From Salpingoeca rosetta (Eukaryota; Protista; Choanoflagellata), in the NCBI GenBank assembly GCA_033442325.1, contig JAWQFM010000024.1, forward strand, positions 571,716-635,715: a stretch of 64,000 nucleotides of DNA. Direction: 5' to 3'. The notes beneath the pieces were generated by a model that saw nothing but the letters and a program-made list of their open reading frames with translations, did no database searches and was not told the origin of the DNA. Below are positions 9,812-28,974 of this stretch, piece by piece. How positions within the stretch are numbered: position 1 is the stretch's first letter; every line of letters starts with the position of its first letter. Position numbers and translations under genes: made by a program.

Positions 9812-12097
9812 CACACTCTACAGGGCCGGAAGGGCCTCGAGGCCCTCAGGGTGACGTTGGCCCACGCGGTGAGCCAGGCGCAGACGGGCGCGACGGGCGC
9901 AACGGGCTCGACGGTCGAGATGGACGGGACTTTGACCCGTCCAGCGATTACTTCGACACCTCCATCACCCTGCCCGTGTGGGTGAGCATGCACGTTGGCG
10001 CTGCGACATCGGGTGCCTCGCGGCGCATCGTGTCGCCCTCTGGTGGCGCCACCTTGCGCGTGTCTGGCTTTGGCTTTGAGCCCTTCTCCACCCGCCAGCA
10101 CGACGCAGATAACGCGTGGGACGACAGCCTGATTGTGTGCAGATTCACGGACGACGACGGCACGGCAAAGGAGACCAGCGTCTACTTCACAGAGGCGCAG
10201 GGCGTCGCCAACACCCACCTGCCCAATGACCGGTTCACAAACGACCCGAGCACGGCCACGTACCGCCCCATCATCAACGCCAACTGCCTCGTGCCTCCCC
10301 TGCCGGAGACCACAAACGCCACCGTGGCCCTCATGTGGAAGGGCACGCCCACGCGCGAGCTCCACTTCCGCGGCATCCCGGGCAACAACGTGCTGGAGGT
10401 CCTTGAGTTTGCCACGCACATTGACCACAGCGAGGGCGTGGTGGAGGACAAGACGGCGGTGCCCATTGTGCACGGTTTTGGTTTCACCTCTGACAACACC
10501 TACTACTGCCGCTGGGCGCTGGCCAACGACGACGGCGTGTTTGTGGTTGAGCGCGCGTCGTTCCGCTCCTCCACGGAGCTCGCCTGCGACTCCTTCCCCG
10601 CGGGGGGCATCGCCGCCAGCTTCGACAGCGACGAGGACGTGCAGGTGACCATCACCGTGTTCTTCTCCGTGCCCGGTGACAGCACGAAGCGGCCCATGGC
10701 AGGGCCCCCACCAGGCTCCGTGTGGGCGGATGGTGCGTCGTCCGCCTTCACCTTCCCGTACAAGCGCGGCGCGTGCGGCGACGGCATTCAGAACCAGGGC
10801 GAGATTGGCGTGGACTGCGGGTACGCGGCTGGCTGCGGCTACTGCGAGCCAGGGTTTGCGCAGGTGGGCATCAAGGGCGCGTGCGAGCTGACCACGGACT
10901 GCGCCACGCGCGACGACACGTTTGTGTCGTGCCGCCAGGGCCAGTGCCTGGCCGCCTTCTCCTGCAAGGAGATTTTGGAGCAGAACCCGGAGGCGGAGTC
11001 TGGGCAGTACAAGATCTCGGTCAACAGGGACGTGCTTGACCTTGACGTGATCAACCCGGAGGATGAGCTCGTTGGCGTGTACTGCGAGATGGACTACGAC
11101 GAGGGTGGGTGGACGCTGTTTGAGATGGTGGGCTCGTCGCAGTCGCCCTCGTCCCCTTTCAACTACATTGGCGACGGCGCCGACGAGGGTGCGTATGTGC
11201 CCGGCGGCGACATTGGCGTGCTGTTCGCGGTGAACCAGAACCAGCCCGCGCGCCTGCCAGCCCGCATCATCCGTTCCATCTTCAAGCACTCGGCCGGGTA
11301 TGTGCAGATGCGGTATGCCAACAACGCCGACGGCTACCAGCTCACGGACGTGTACGGTGTTCCGGAGACTGGCACGCACTTCCTGGACCAGTCGTGCTCG
11401 CACAAGCCCGACTTTGACATTGCCAAGGCGATGCGCCCTCGCTCGGGCTCGTCCATGGGCTTCTGCTTCCGGAACGGCGCTGTGAACACGGCGAGCAACT
11501 GCGTGTGCGGCGACCGCGTGGATACGACGCAGCAGTTCAACGCGTGTCCGCTTTCTCCCGGAAACCGACGCCGGTACAACTCGTTCCTTCGCGACAAGCT
11601 CTGGTGCAGCGGCATGCACCGCAAGTGCTACAGCGTCTCCTCCCACTATGTCCTTGGCGACACGTACTCCTGCAACAAAGGAGGTGCGTCACCCAGTGTA
11701 AGGTCGTGGTTGTGGTTGTGGTTGTGGTTTTTTGTGTGTGAGTGTGAGCGTAATTGTGTGAGTGTGTGCGCGTGAGCGTAATTGTGCGAGTGTGTGCGCG
11801 TGAGCGTAAGTGTGTGAGTGAGAGCGTGTGTGTGAGTGAGAGCGTGTGTGTGTGATTGTTGAACTGTGTCGTGGAACTGTGTTGTTTCCACATTTGAGCG
11901 AGGCAACGTCTCTTTCTGACACAAAAGTTCGTGGCCTTGTATGTGACCATGTGCACGCTGTGTTGGTTGTCACGTTGTGTGTTTCAGGCCAGCGCTCTGT
12001 GGAAGGACACATGTGGCGCATGTACAGCGGCAACACGGGCATGCCATGCACCGGATACGGGGCCTACGGCTGCTACGGCTCTGTCTGGATGCGCTAA
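9109..12097 (+). CDS. Secreted collagen-repeat / IPT-like / Cys-rich / fibrinogen-like domain protein (~737 aa)
   Basis: Exons 9109-9279, 9513-9585, 9824-11683, 11988-12097 total 2214 nt, in frame. Signal peptide [25 protein letters not shown]. 14 consecutive Gly-X-Y triplets ([42 protein letters not shown]). Two IPT-like starts ([15 protein letters not shown]; VHGFGF..YYCRW). Cys-rich motif [16 protein letters not shown]. FReD-type motif [26 protein letters not shown]. Ends SVWMR*. Confidence 0.85.
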
Positions 12098-12657
12098 CTC
12101 TGTTCGCGCGCGTGAGTGTGGCGGTCGTTCTCTTCTCCTTATTGTGGCGCGGCTTTGGGCCCCTTCTGTTGCGAGAGTGGCCTGCGCTCTTCTGTTACGA
12201 TTCTGTTTTGTCTCTCTTTGCTCACTCGGTTCAAACCACGCGTACAATCTCACGGTGCGTGGCTGTGCTGCTTTCCCGTCGAAGGAGAGCGAGAGAGCGA
12301 GAGCGTGCTCCTGTTGTGTTCTGCTCCAGTCATCTGCATTGTCTTTCGTCGTCTGTTCTTCTGTGCTTTCTCTTCTTGCGTGGTTTTCATAGCCAACTCA
12401 TGCCGTGGCTGTCGCTCGCGCCTGTTTTTGTCTCATGCGATGAGGCAATGCGTGCTTCTCTCTTTCTCTCTTATATGAAATACATATACCCATGATGCGA
12501 AGACGAGCGTGTGGAAGAAGGTGTGTTGCAAGCGCGCTGCTTGCGACAATTATGCACAACGCGCACCAAATTTCCACAATCGATACCCGCAACAACAAGA
12601 CAGTCGCAACAGCTCCAACCTGCAACACTTGCTTGTCTGCTTTGCTGCCACACAAGA

Positions 12658-13028
12658 ATGCGACTGCCACCGCTGCCGCAGCTGGCGTTTGTGACTGTGC
12701 TTGGTGTTGCCACGGCCTGGTACTCCTTTTCGCCCATCCTCAAGGTACGCACACACATGTGTGGGTGTACATGTTTGTTTGGGTGCGTACGTTTGTGTGT
12801 GCGTGGTTGCATGCACACTGTGCTCACGTGTGTGTTTGATGTTGCGTGCCGCAACCGCCTTGTTCTTTTTGTCCGCCTCACGTCAAGCCCCACACGCCAT
12901 GTCCTGAGCAGAAGTGGGAGCAGACGCAGCTGGAGCTGGCAGAGCAACGTGATTTGCAACGCGCACAAGCAACCGTGAACCAGCAGCAGCAGCAGCAGCA
13001 ACAACAACAACAACAAGAGCAACAGTGA
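12658..13028 (+). CDS. PIGBOS1-like single-TM microprotein (~67 aa)
   Basis: Exon 1 12658-12744 (MRLPPLPQLAFVTVLGVATAWYSFSPILK|GTACGC) joins exon 2 12912-13028 (KWEQTQLELAEQRDLQRAQATVNQQQ..EQQ*) at a phase 0 junction. The QL-F-TVLG-A---Y-F-P pattern matches recalled human PIGBOS1 (AQLLFATVLGIAGGVYIFQP) and is followed by a polar helical tail. Confidence 0.7.
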
Positions 13029-13310
13029 GAAGAAGGGTCAGTGGCGAAAGTTGGTGACTGCAGTCAGTTTGTGGCGGCAGCAGTTAGCACTAGCAGTCGG
13101 TGACAGCAGCTTGCGGTGGCAGCAACCACTTGCTCCCCGCGCCCGTTCCATACTCACACTCTCCACCAAACGACCACCCCCCCCCCCCCGGCGCGAAAGC
13201 AACACTCGCCTCCGATCAACACGCAACACACCCAAGCAAGCGAGCAGACAGCACAATCAGCACAGCCGTCACACCACCTTGCTCTCATCCACGGCAAACC
13301 CGAAGACAAC

Positions 13311-14126
13311 ATGGCGGGCCGCACGACAACAGCCACAACAGCCGCGGCCGCTGTGGCTGCGCCGTGGACTGCACTCCTGCACAAGGCATTGAAGAAGAAC
13401 GGCAGTGTGCCAGCACACCGATACTGTCAGCTGGCAACGATAGGCCTCGATGGTGGGCCTCGCGTGCGCACCATCGTGTACCGTGGCCTGTTTGACGACG
13501 AAGCACTGGCATTGGCATCAACACCATCATCATCTTCAACGGCGCCGGCGAGCGGGGCGCGGGATGGTCATGCGCGCGAGAGTGCGGCGCCAGACCTGGT
13601 GTTTATCACGGACGCGCGGTCGAGCAAGGCAGCGGAGATTGCAGCGGATGCACGGGCGGAGGTGGCGTGGTACCAGCCGCTGACACGCGAGCAGTTTCGG
13701 TTTCGCGGCCGCCTCGTGTTTGCCGACGGCTCCGCCACGTCACCGGACAAGCCGCAGCCCTCACAGCCCTCACAGGTGCAAGCGCTGCGCGCGCGCGTGT
13801 GGGCTGGCCTCAGCGATACGATGCGCGCGCAGATGCACTGGCCGGCACCTGGTGCCCCGCGCGATCCAGCAGTACCTGATTCGCGGTGGCGCGAGCCGCC
13901 CCAGGGCTTGGACGTATCGTCGCAGTCGCCGCCACCAGACACGTTTGCGGTTGTGCTGCTGCAAGTGGAGCATGTGGACCACCTGTGCCTAAAGAGCAAC
14001 AGCCGGCGCCTGTACGATCGACGTACAACCCAGAATGGTGATGGTGGTGATGGTGGCGGTGATGGTGATGATGGTGAGGAGAAGACTGTGGTTGGAGACT
14101 GGGTGGTAACTGAGGTCAACCCGTAG
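13311..14126 (+). CDS. Pyridoxamine 5'-phosphate oxidase-family FMN-binding protein (Alr4036/PPOX2-like), 271 aa, intronless
   Basis: Motifs APW..L..AL, QLATIGLDGGPRVRTIVYRG, FITDARSSK, AEVAWY..TREQFRFRG, WPAPG, VDHLCL..NSR, and a C-terminal W..TEVNP*. Confidence 0.9.
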   Translation: MAGRTTTATTAAAAVAAPWTALLHKALKKNGSVPAHRYCQLATIGLDGGPRVRTIVYRGLFDDEALALASTPSSSSTAPASGARDGHARESAAPDLVFITDARSSKAAEIAADARAEVAWYQPLTREQFRFRGRLVFADGSATSPDKPQPSQPSQVQALRARVWAGLSDTMRAQMHWPAPGAPRDPAVPDSRWREPPQGLDVSSQSPPPDTFAVVLLQVEHVDHLCLKSNSRRLYDRRTTQNGDGGDGGGDGDDGEEKTVVGDWVVTEVNP

Positions 14127-14295
<169 letters not shown>

Positions 14296-14641
14296 GCACT
14301 TGCGAACGTTGGTGCTCGATCGGCTGTCTTCTCTTTGTTGGGGTTTGTCGCTTGTGAATCATGATCACAACTCTTGTTGGTGGGACAACAGTCCAGGCAA
14401 TAAACCAAATGTAACTCAAACTTAAAGCAAGTTGGAAGAAAGGGCAAGGGATGGAGGCATCACGGTGGACGCATACGCACTGTCGACGAAAACAGAAGCC
14501 GCACGGCACAGCTGTGGCACCCTGAAACACAACCGCACACTCAAACCCTGCGTAACTGAGAAGACAAGAAGAACACACGTGACCACGGCTGCATGTAAAG
14601 AGCGAGCAGGAACAAGAAGGAGACGTCTGGCGTGGCAGCTA

Positions 14642-15209
14642 TTATTGGAGGCGCTTCAAGAGGGCGTGCCTGTCCATAACAGGACCATCGTACCTGCAAA
14701 GACGCATGAACAACACGACACAGAGAGTTCGGGGAAGGGGGCGCGTGGAGAAGAAGGGGGGGGGGGAGGTGGAAGCAGTGAGCAGAAAAGGGGAGACATA
14801 AGGGAGGGTGGGTGTGGCAGGTGGACAATGAGTGGGGATCGGCAAGAAGATAGACAGGCAGTTCGACAAATAGATAGACAGATAGATCGATAGACTGACA
14901 GACAGATAGACAGATCGACAGATAGACAGACAGATAGATCGATAGACTGACAGACAGATAGATCGATAGACTGACAGACAGATAGATCGATAGACTGACA
15001 GACAGGCAGATCGATAGACTGACAGACAGACACACAGCTACACACACACAGACACACACACACACACAGACAGACACACACACACACAGACAGACAGACA
15101 AACAGACACACAGCCACACACACACACACACACAGCTACAGCCACACACACGCACACACACAGCTACACGCACACACACACACACAGCTACACGCACACA
15201 CACACACAG

Positions 15210-15266
<57 letters not shown>

Positions 15267-15760
15267 CTCTCTACCGACCTGGTGTTGCACCACACGTCCC
15301 ACAAGGGCCAGTAGAGGCTGTAGTTGAACGAGTTCTTGCGCCCCTTTCCGGCACAGTGGTGGTAGTAGTGGTCGTTGATGTCCCACTGCCGGCCATCGTG
15401 TGCAGCGACGGCAAAGACGGAGCTGAGAAACCCAAACGCCGCGTGCGCTATCGGGTGGATGGGGAAGAACAGCGTGGGGAGGTAGTGGCCCAGCGGCCCT
15501 TGCAAGATGGCCTCGAAGGGGTGGACAGCGTCCTGTGCAAACGCAGACGGCTCCTTGAATTGGTGGTGGATGCGATGCACGTGGTCCCACAGAAACGGAA
15601 TGTCGTGCAGCCAGCGGTGCGTCCAGTAGAACCTGCCAACCAAGCACAGCGGGTGGATGGTGCAAGCAAGTCCACGAGACAAACATCAGGCCTGACGCAA
15701 ACTCATATGTGTACAATTCAGCGCACGGCACACATGTGACAGCACACGGAGGTACAGCAA

Positions 15761-15837
<77 letters not shown>

Positions 15838-16405
15838 AAACACACAAACACACACACACACATCCGCTTGCCGATGACAACAGACAAGCATACCAGGCGT
15901 CAAAGATGAACATGTAGATGGGGATGGAGAGGAGGAACCAGGTGAAGGAGAAGGCGTGGCGGTCAAAGTAGCCGTAGGTCCAGACCAGTGGCTCAATGTA
16001 GCGCATCCAGATCATGGTGACGCTGATGTTGGCGATCATGGCGCCGACGCCGAGGAGGAGCTCCTTGCGGACCTGCTCTCGGCGCTGAGCACGCTGCTTG
16101 GCACTCAAGGATGCCGACATGGCCCCAAACGGATGCGTGAGCTCAAACAGGCCCGCAGAGCCGACGTACTGCAGCGTGTAGCCAGCGAACACCAGCAACG
16201 ATGCCACTGCAAAATCGGAGGTGGTCTCCATCTCCAACAGGTCCACCGCCAAGTTTTTCGCCACCCTGACTGCCGCTTGGCACTGCCCGCAGCACAGAAG
16301 CACCAAACCAAGCACCCGCACTGCCCAGCCAGCAACATCAGCAGCAGCCAGTGCTGCTGCACCTGTTGTTGCGGCAACAGCAGCCACCTTCTGCGTCGTT
16401 CTCAT
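14642..16405 (-). CDS. Sterol desaturase / fatty acid hydroxylase superfamily protein (lathosterol oxidase-like), ~305 aa
   Basis: Exons 16405-15894, 15632-15279, 14693-14642 total 918 nt, in frame. His boxes FYWTHRWLH, HRIHH, HDG and HYYHH. Motifs HPFEA and NYSLYWPLWD..CNT. Several hydrophobic helices. Confidence 0.9.
14870..15267. repeat. Compound (GATA/GACA)n then (CA)n microsatellite in intron 2 of the sterol desaturase
   Basis: Recurring GATAGATCGATAGACTGACAGACA units followed by CA tracts. Confidence 0.9.
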
Positions 16406-17250
16406 GATCAAGTTGAAGTGGTTGATGTGCAGCGGCGGAAGTCCAGCCAGCCAGCCAGCGATTCGAGCCGAACCGATGTAAATAAACAAATGACGACATG
16501 ACAAACAGTAGTGGATTGGGGTACGCGCGTTTAGTGGCGAAGCAGTGGCGAAGCAGCAGCGAAGTGTTGGGTCCGTTTTTGGTTGGGGCAAAATTGTGGG
16601 AAGCACCCAAAAGGCAAACAAGAAGGCAGAGCGATTGCTGCCTGCAAGCAGCAGCAAACATCCAAAGCAGCGAAAAGCAGCGAAGCGACAGCGAAAACAG
16701 CCGCCTCTCTTCCTTTTCCTCGCTCGTGCTGTCGTGTCGTGTGGCTTGGCTTGTTGCTTGGTTGCTCGTTGCCTCTCCTTCCTCCGCCACATTGTTGTTG
16801 TTGTTGTTGTTGTTGGCTGCCACACGACCCACACTTCTCTTCTGCTTTCTTTCTTGTTTCTTCGTGTCTTCTCCTCGTTGCCCTGCCACTGCTGTATGTA
16901 CGCTTGTGTGCTTGTGTCGCTGCAGTGCAAGCAAGTGAGAGCACGACAACAGACAAGACATCAATCACACGACTTGAGGTGAGGTGGTTCTGTTGGGCGT
17001 TGTTTGGGTGGTGGTTGGTGGTGATGGTGGCAGTGGTCATGTGTGACGTGTGTGACACACACTCATAACATATTGATGGTGATGGACGGATTGACTGGAT
17101 TGTGAGTGCCGGTCCCTTCTGTCTGTCTGTGCGGCTTCGTTTGTTGTTGTTTGGTTGTTCTGCGCGTGCTTGTTTGTGCATGCACAAGAGATGACACAAC
17201 ACGAACCGACACTCTCATGTCGCTCATATCACACGCACACACACACACAT

Positions 17251-17330
17251 GCACACACATGCACACACATGCACACACATGCACACACATGCACACACAT
17301 GCACACACATGCACACACATGCACACACAT
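17251..17330. repeat. 10-bp minisatellite (GCACACACAT)x8 in the divergent desaturase/kinase upstream region
   Basis: Eight exact copies counted. Confidence 0.95.
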
Positions 17331-17422
17331 GCACACACACACACACACACATGCACACCCCCCCTCTCTCTCTCTCTTTTGTGTGTCTTGAGCAGACTTT
17401 TTGGCCAAGCAATCGAGAAACG

Positions 17423-24792
<7,370 letters not shown>

Positions 24793-25586
24793 CGCTTGTG
24801 TGGTGTGTGTGTGTGTGTGTGCCGAATTTCGTTGCATCATTCGTTGTGTTGGATTTGCTTGTTGTGATGTACACTGCCATGCTGTCACAGTTGCCACTTG
24901 TACGTTCAATGTGATATCTGCTTATTCATTCGCCGTCTGGGGAGTTGTTTCGATGTCCGTCATACGTGTGCGTGTGTGACGTCAAGGGAGGCGACTGTGT
25001 CGCAGTTGTGTGCGCTTGCGCAATGTTGTTGTTCGAATGTGTGGCTGCTGTTTTTCTGCCGTTTTGCTTGCCGTGTCCTGCTGTTGTCTTCGCGTCCTGC
25101 CGTCGCTCCTATCGTTCGTCTCGCTTGCTTAGAGTTGCTTCGACGCTGTTTTGAATCCCTTTCATAGAATGAAGTCGTTGTTCAACACGGTTTGTATCGG
25201 GGAGGTGAAGCAGCACTCAAGCAGAAAACAGATGGGAAAAGAAGCGGAACGAGTGTGGCAAGGGCAGCGTGATGAAAGTCAGTCAAGAGTGCGCTGGAAC
25301 AGGACAGTGAAAACAACAAGGCGGACAGTGACAATGGCACGTGCGCGTGTGCAACTCAACGTCAAAGCAGTCGGCAAAGTGATGAGGAACGTCGCTTGCC
25401 CATTCGCACATGCATCGGGCAAACAAAGAGCAAAAGGAGCAAAGGGAACACTCCGTCGCAAACAGAGGTGTAACACAAACACACAACATCCAAGGTGAAA
25501 AAGGAAGGCACCAGCAGCAACACAGTAGTGGCAGTGGCAACAACAACGCCAACAACAGCAGCAGCAGTCGGGCGTGATGCCGGCGC

Positions 25587-27058
25587 TTATGACCAAATCT
25601 GGCGCACGCGACGGTTGCGGCGGTCAACAAAGACAATGTTGTTGGTGCTCGGGGAGAATGTGATGCCTGTTGGGAAGTTGAGGTTGGCCTCGGTGGCAAC
25701 ACCGCCATCGCCGCTAAAGCCGCGCGCACCCGTGCCGGCCACCGTCTCAATGACGCCAGCACCCTGGCCGCCGACGTTGAGCGTGCGAATGCGGCTGTTG
25801 CCCGTGTCGGCAATGGCAATCTCGCCTGCTGGCATGGCAGCGATGCCGCGTGGGGTGTTGAGGCGAGCAGCCATGGGTGCACCGCCATCACCGCGGAAGC
25901 CCGCAACGCCCGTGCCGGCCAGTGCTGTGATCACGCCAGTGCGCATGTCCACGGCGCGGACGCGGTGGTTGCCGCTGTCTGCGATGTACAGCGTGTTGTC
26001 GGCAAAGGCAATGCCAGCGGGGGCATTGAGCTTGGAGCTCACGGCCAAGCCATCGTCGCCGTCGTCGCCAGCAGCGCCGGGCGTACCAGCCACCACGGTG
26101 ATCAGGGTTGTGATGGGGCTGTACATGTACACGACGTGGTTCTCCTCGTCCGAGAAGAGCAGGTTGCCGTTGTCCATCCAGGCCATCGACTGCGGGGCGT
26201 TGATGCGGGCAGCGGTTGCTGTGCCGCCCATCCCGCGGTGACCAGCAGCGCCCGTCGTGCCTACCACGACGCTCAGCTTCTTCGTCGCAACGTCCACCTT
26301 GGACACACGATTGTTGCCTTCCTCCGTGATGTACACGTTGCCGAAAATATCGGCAATGGCGCAGCGGGGGCGGTTCAGCTGTGCGCTCGTGGCAGCGCCG
26401 CCAACGCCGCTCGCACCCATCTCGCCCGTGCCGGCGACCAGGGATGACGTGCGCGTGCGCAAATTCACGCGGATGACGCGGTGGTCAGAGACCATCGTCA
26501 CCAGCATCTCGTGCTCGCCGTCAAAGGTGACACAGTCGGGTTGGTTGAGACCCGTGTTGAGCAGGGTTGCCGACGAGTCCCACGTCGTGCCGCCGTTGCC
26601 AACAACCGTCTGGATGGCCTTAGTGATGGCGGGCGTGGTTGTGGTTGCGCTTGTCGTTGAGCTCGCCAGGCGCGTGAGCGACACGGACGGGGCGTCTGTG
26701 ACAACACCTGTCTCTGTGCCCGTGTTTTTCAGCAGCTGACAGCGCAGCATGCTGTTGACGACAACCACGACGAGCCCCTTGCAGTTTGTGTCGGCGCTGC
26801 AGTACCGCAGGCATTGCAGCATGGATTCGGCCTCCAGGTTGGCAATGGATGCTCCAAAGTCAAACTCGGTGGAGAAGGCGCGAGGGTCGTTGTTGTTTCC
26901 GACAACACCCGTGAAGGTGAGCTCGTAGTTGTAGTCGCCGTAGGGGAAGTTGAAGGCGCTCGTGTCGGGTGGCGGTTGCGTCAGCGGGCCGCTTGCCGGC
27001 GTCGTCGGGGCGTCCCCATCCACGCACAGGCACACCTGTCGCGTGTATGTGATGTGTG

Positions 27059-27126
<68 letters not shown>

Positions 27127-28910
27127 TGCGTGTGTGTATGTGTGTGTGTGTGTGAGTGATGCGTGCGAGTGCGTGCGTGTGTGAGTTTGCATACGTACGA
27201 GCGAGAACATAGAGACACTGTGAGAGTGTGTGTGTGCAAATGTAGACACGACCCAGCCAGTATTGCACTCCTTGCTACAGGCGCACCTTGCGGCACCCGA
27301 GGTGCATGTCGCGGTAGACGCCAGTGAGGCCTTGGTCAGCGCAGTGGGCAGAGCATCGAGCTGCATCCTTTGTCAACTTGAAGCGCTTAGCGCATCCACA
27401 TGAGCACACCTAGGAGTAAAGGACGCACGCATGCACGGGTTCGCGTGTTGAATGTGAGCCGAGAAGGAAGTGGAAGCAATTGCCTTCTTGCTGCTTGGAA
27501 AGCGAGCGATCCAGCGCCACGACCCCATTCAACCCACACATACACGCACATACATGCATGTGTTGTCAGAAACACCCAAAAGAACAGCGCAGTGATCAAC
27601 AACGCACGTTTGAGCAGCTGCCGTAAGTCTTGGAGAAGGTGGCGTCGCCCTGCTTCAGGTACTTGCACTGGGACCGGCAAGTGGCCGGGTTGGCCGCAGT
27701 GTTATAGACGCTGCAAGCGTCCACTGTCACAGCTGCAGGCGTAGTCGACGTCGAGACTGTTGCCAAAATAATGCGCATGTATGCGTGTAGATGTGAGAGC
27801 GGCAGACACGCAGAGACATTGGAGAATGCGTGCATTGGTCTTGCGTGCGTGTGTTGATGATGGCGTTCGCACGTGTTGTGCGGAGTTAGGCCTTCCTGCA
27901 ATTCTACTGCAGAAGCGAGCACGATGTTCTGCGAAGAAAAACGGTCGGCAAGTGCACGTTCTGAAGACTTACGCAGGCAAGTCTTTGCGGCACCAGTCCA
28001 AGTGGCGGAGCCATCGATGATCTTGCACTCGCGTTGAGCACTGCCTTCCCTGGACAGCTGATAGCCGGCATCACACTGCAAGTACTCGCACTGATCGCCT
28101 GGCAGAGACAGAAGTGGTGATACAGGTGATACGTTGTGGCGGAACGCGTGAGGAAGCACTCAAACTGACTGTTCTCCGTGATCAAAACGTGTGAAGTGTT
28201 CACGCGTGCATACAAGTGAAAGGGTACAGGTGTGACACAAGTGATCGCAAAATGATCACAAGGACAAACACGCACACGCACACACACAACAGCGCACCGA
28301 TGTTGCCGTCGCATGTTCCGGCGACCTGGCCATTGTCAATGGTCAGTTGGCCGCAGCCAACGCCTACACACAAGACACAGAAAGCATTTCCAAGCAAAGT
28401 AACGTGTGGACGTGAGATTGCAAGTGTCACAGCCTGTCGCGTGGTGACGATTGAGATCAAACGGCAAGCAACGACAGTCCCACAGCAGAGAGTTTATTGT
28501 CACATGTCAAGGACAATAAGGCCACATGGACAACACTACTCACGCTGGCATTCTCCGCCGCCTGTGCTGAAGTACTCGTCCTTTGCGCGACAGCGCACCT
28601 ACATCCGAGAAAAGAGATGACGATGGTGAGTGATCTGAATGAAAATGCTTGATGACAAAGGGTGTTGTTTAAGTTGTTGTTTAAGTTGTTGTTGTTGTTG
28701 TTGTTGGAGGTGAAGGAGGTGTGCTTGTGTTTGGTTGCATGCACTGCACGGATCACAGCGGACGAACCTCACACGTGCGATACTGGAAGGTGCGCTTGCG
28801 GTACGTGGCGAAATAAGTGGAGGTCACACCTGTACGTCAACAAAAAGTGGACGAGAACAGGGTCTATGTCAATGGTGCGTCGTAAATGTGTAGCAACCAC
28901 TTCAAAGCAT

Positions 28911-28974
<64 letters not shown>

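Noticed and set aside
9562-11646. 694-aa antisense ORF (similar ones at 45713-47215 and 6020-7099)
   Set aside because: Stop-poor mirror frames of high-GC3 coding exons.
14870-17330. Regular short repeats as CRISPR-like or telomeric arrays
   Set aside because: No unique spacers, no cas genes and no TTAGGG; simple satellites in a eukaryotic genome.
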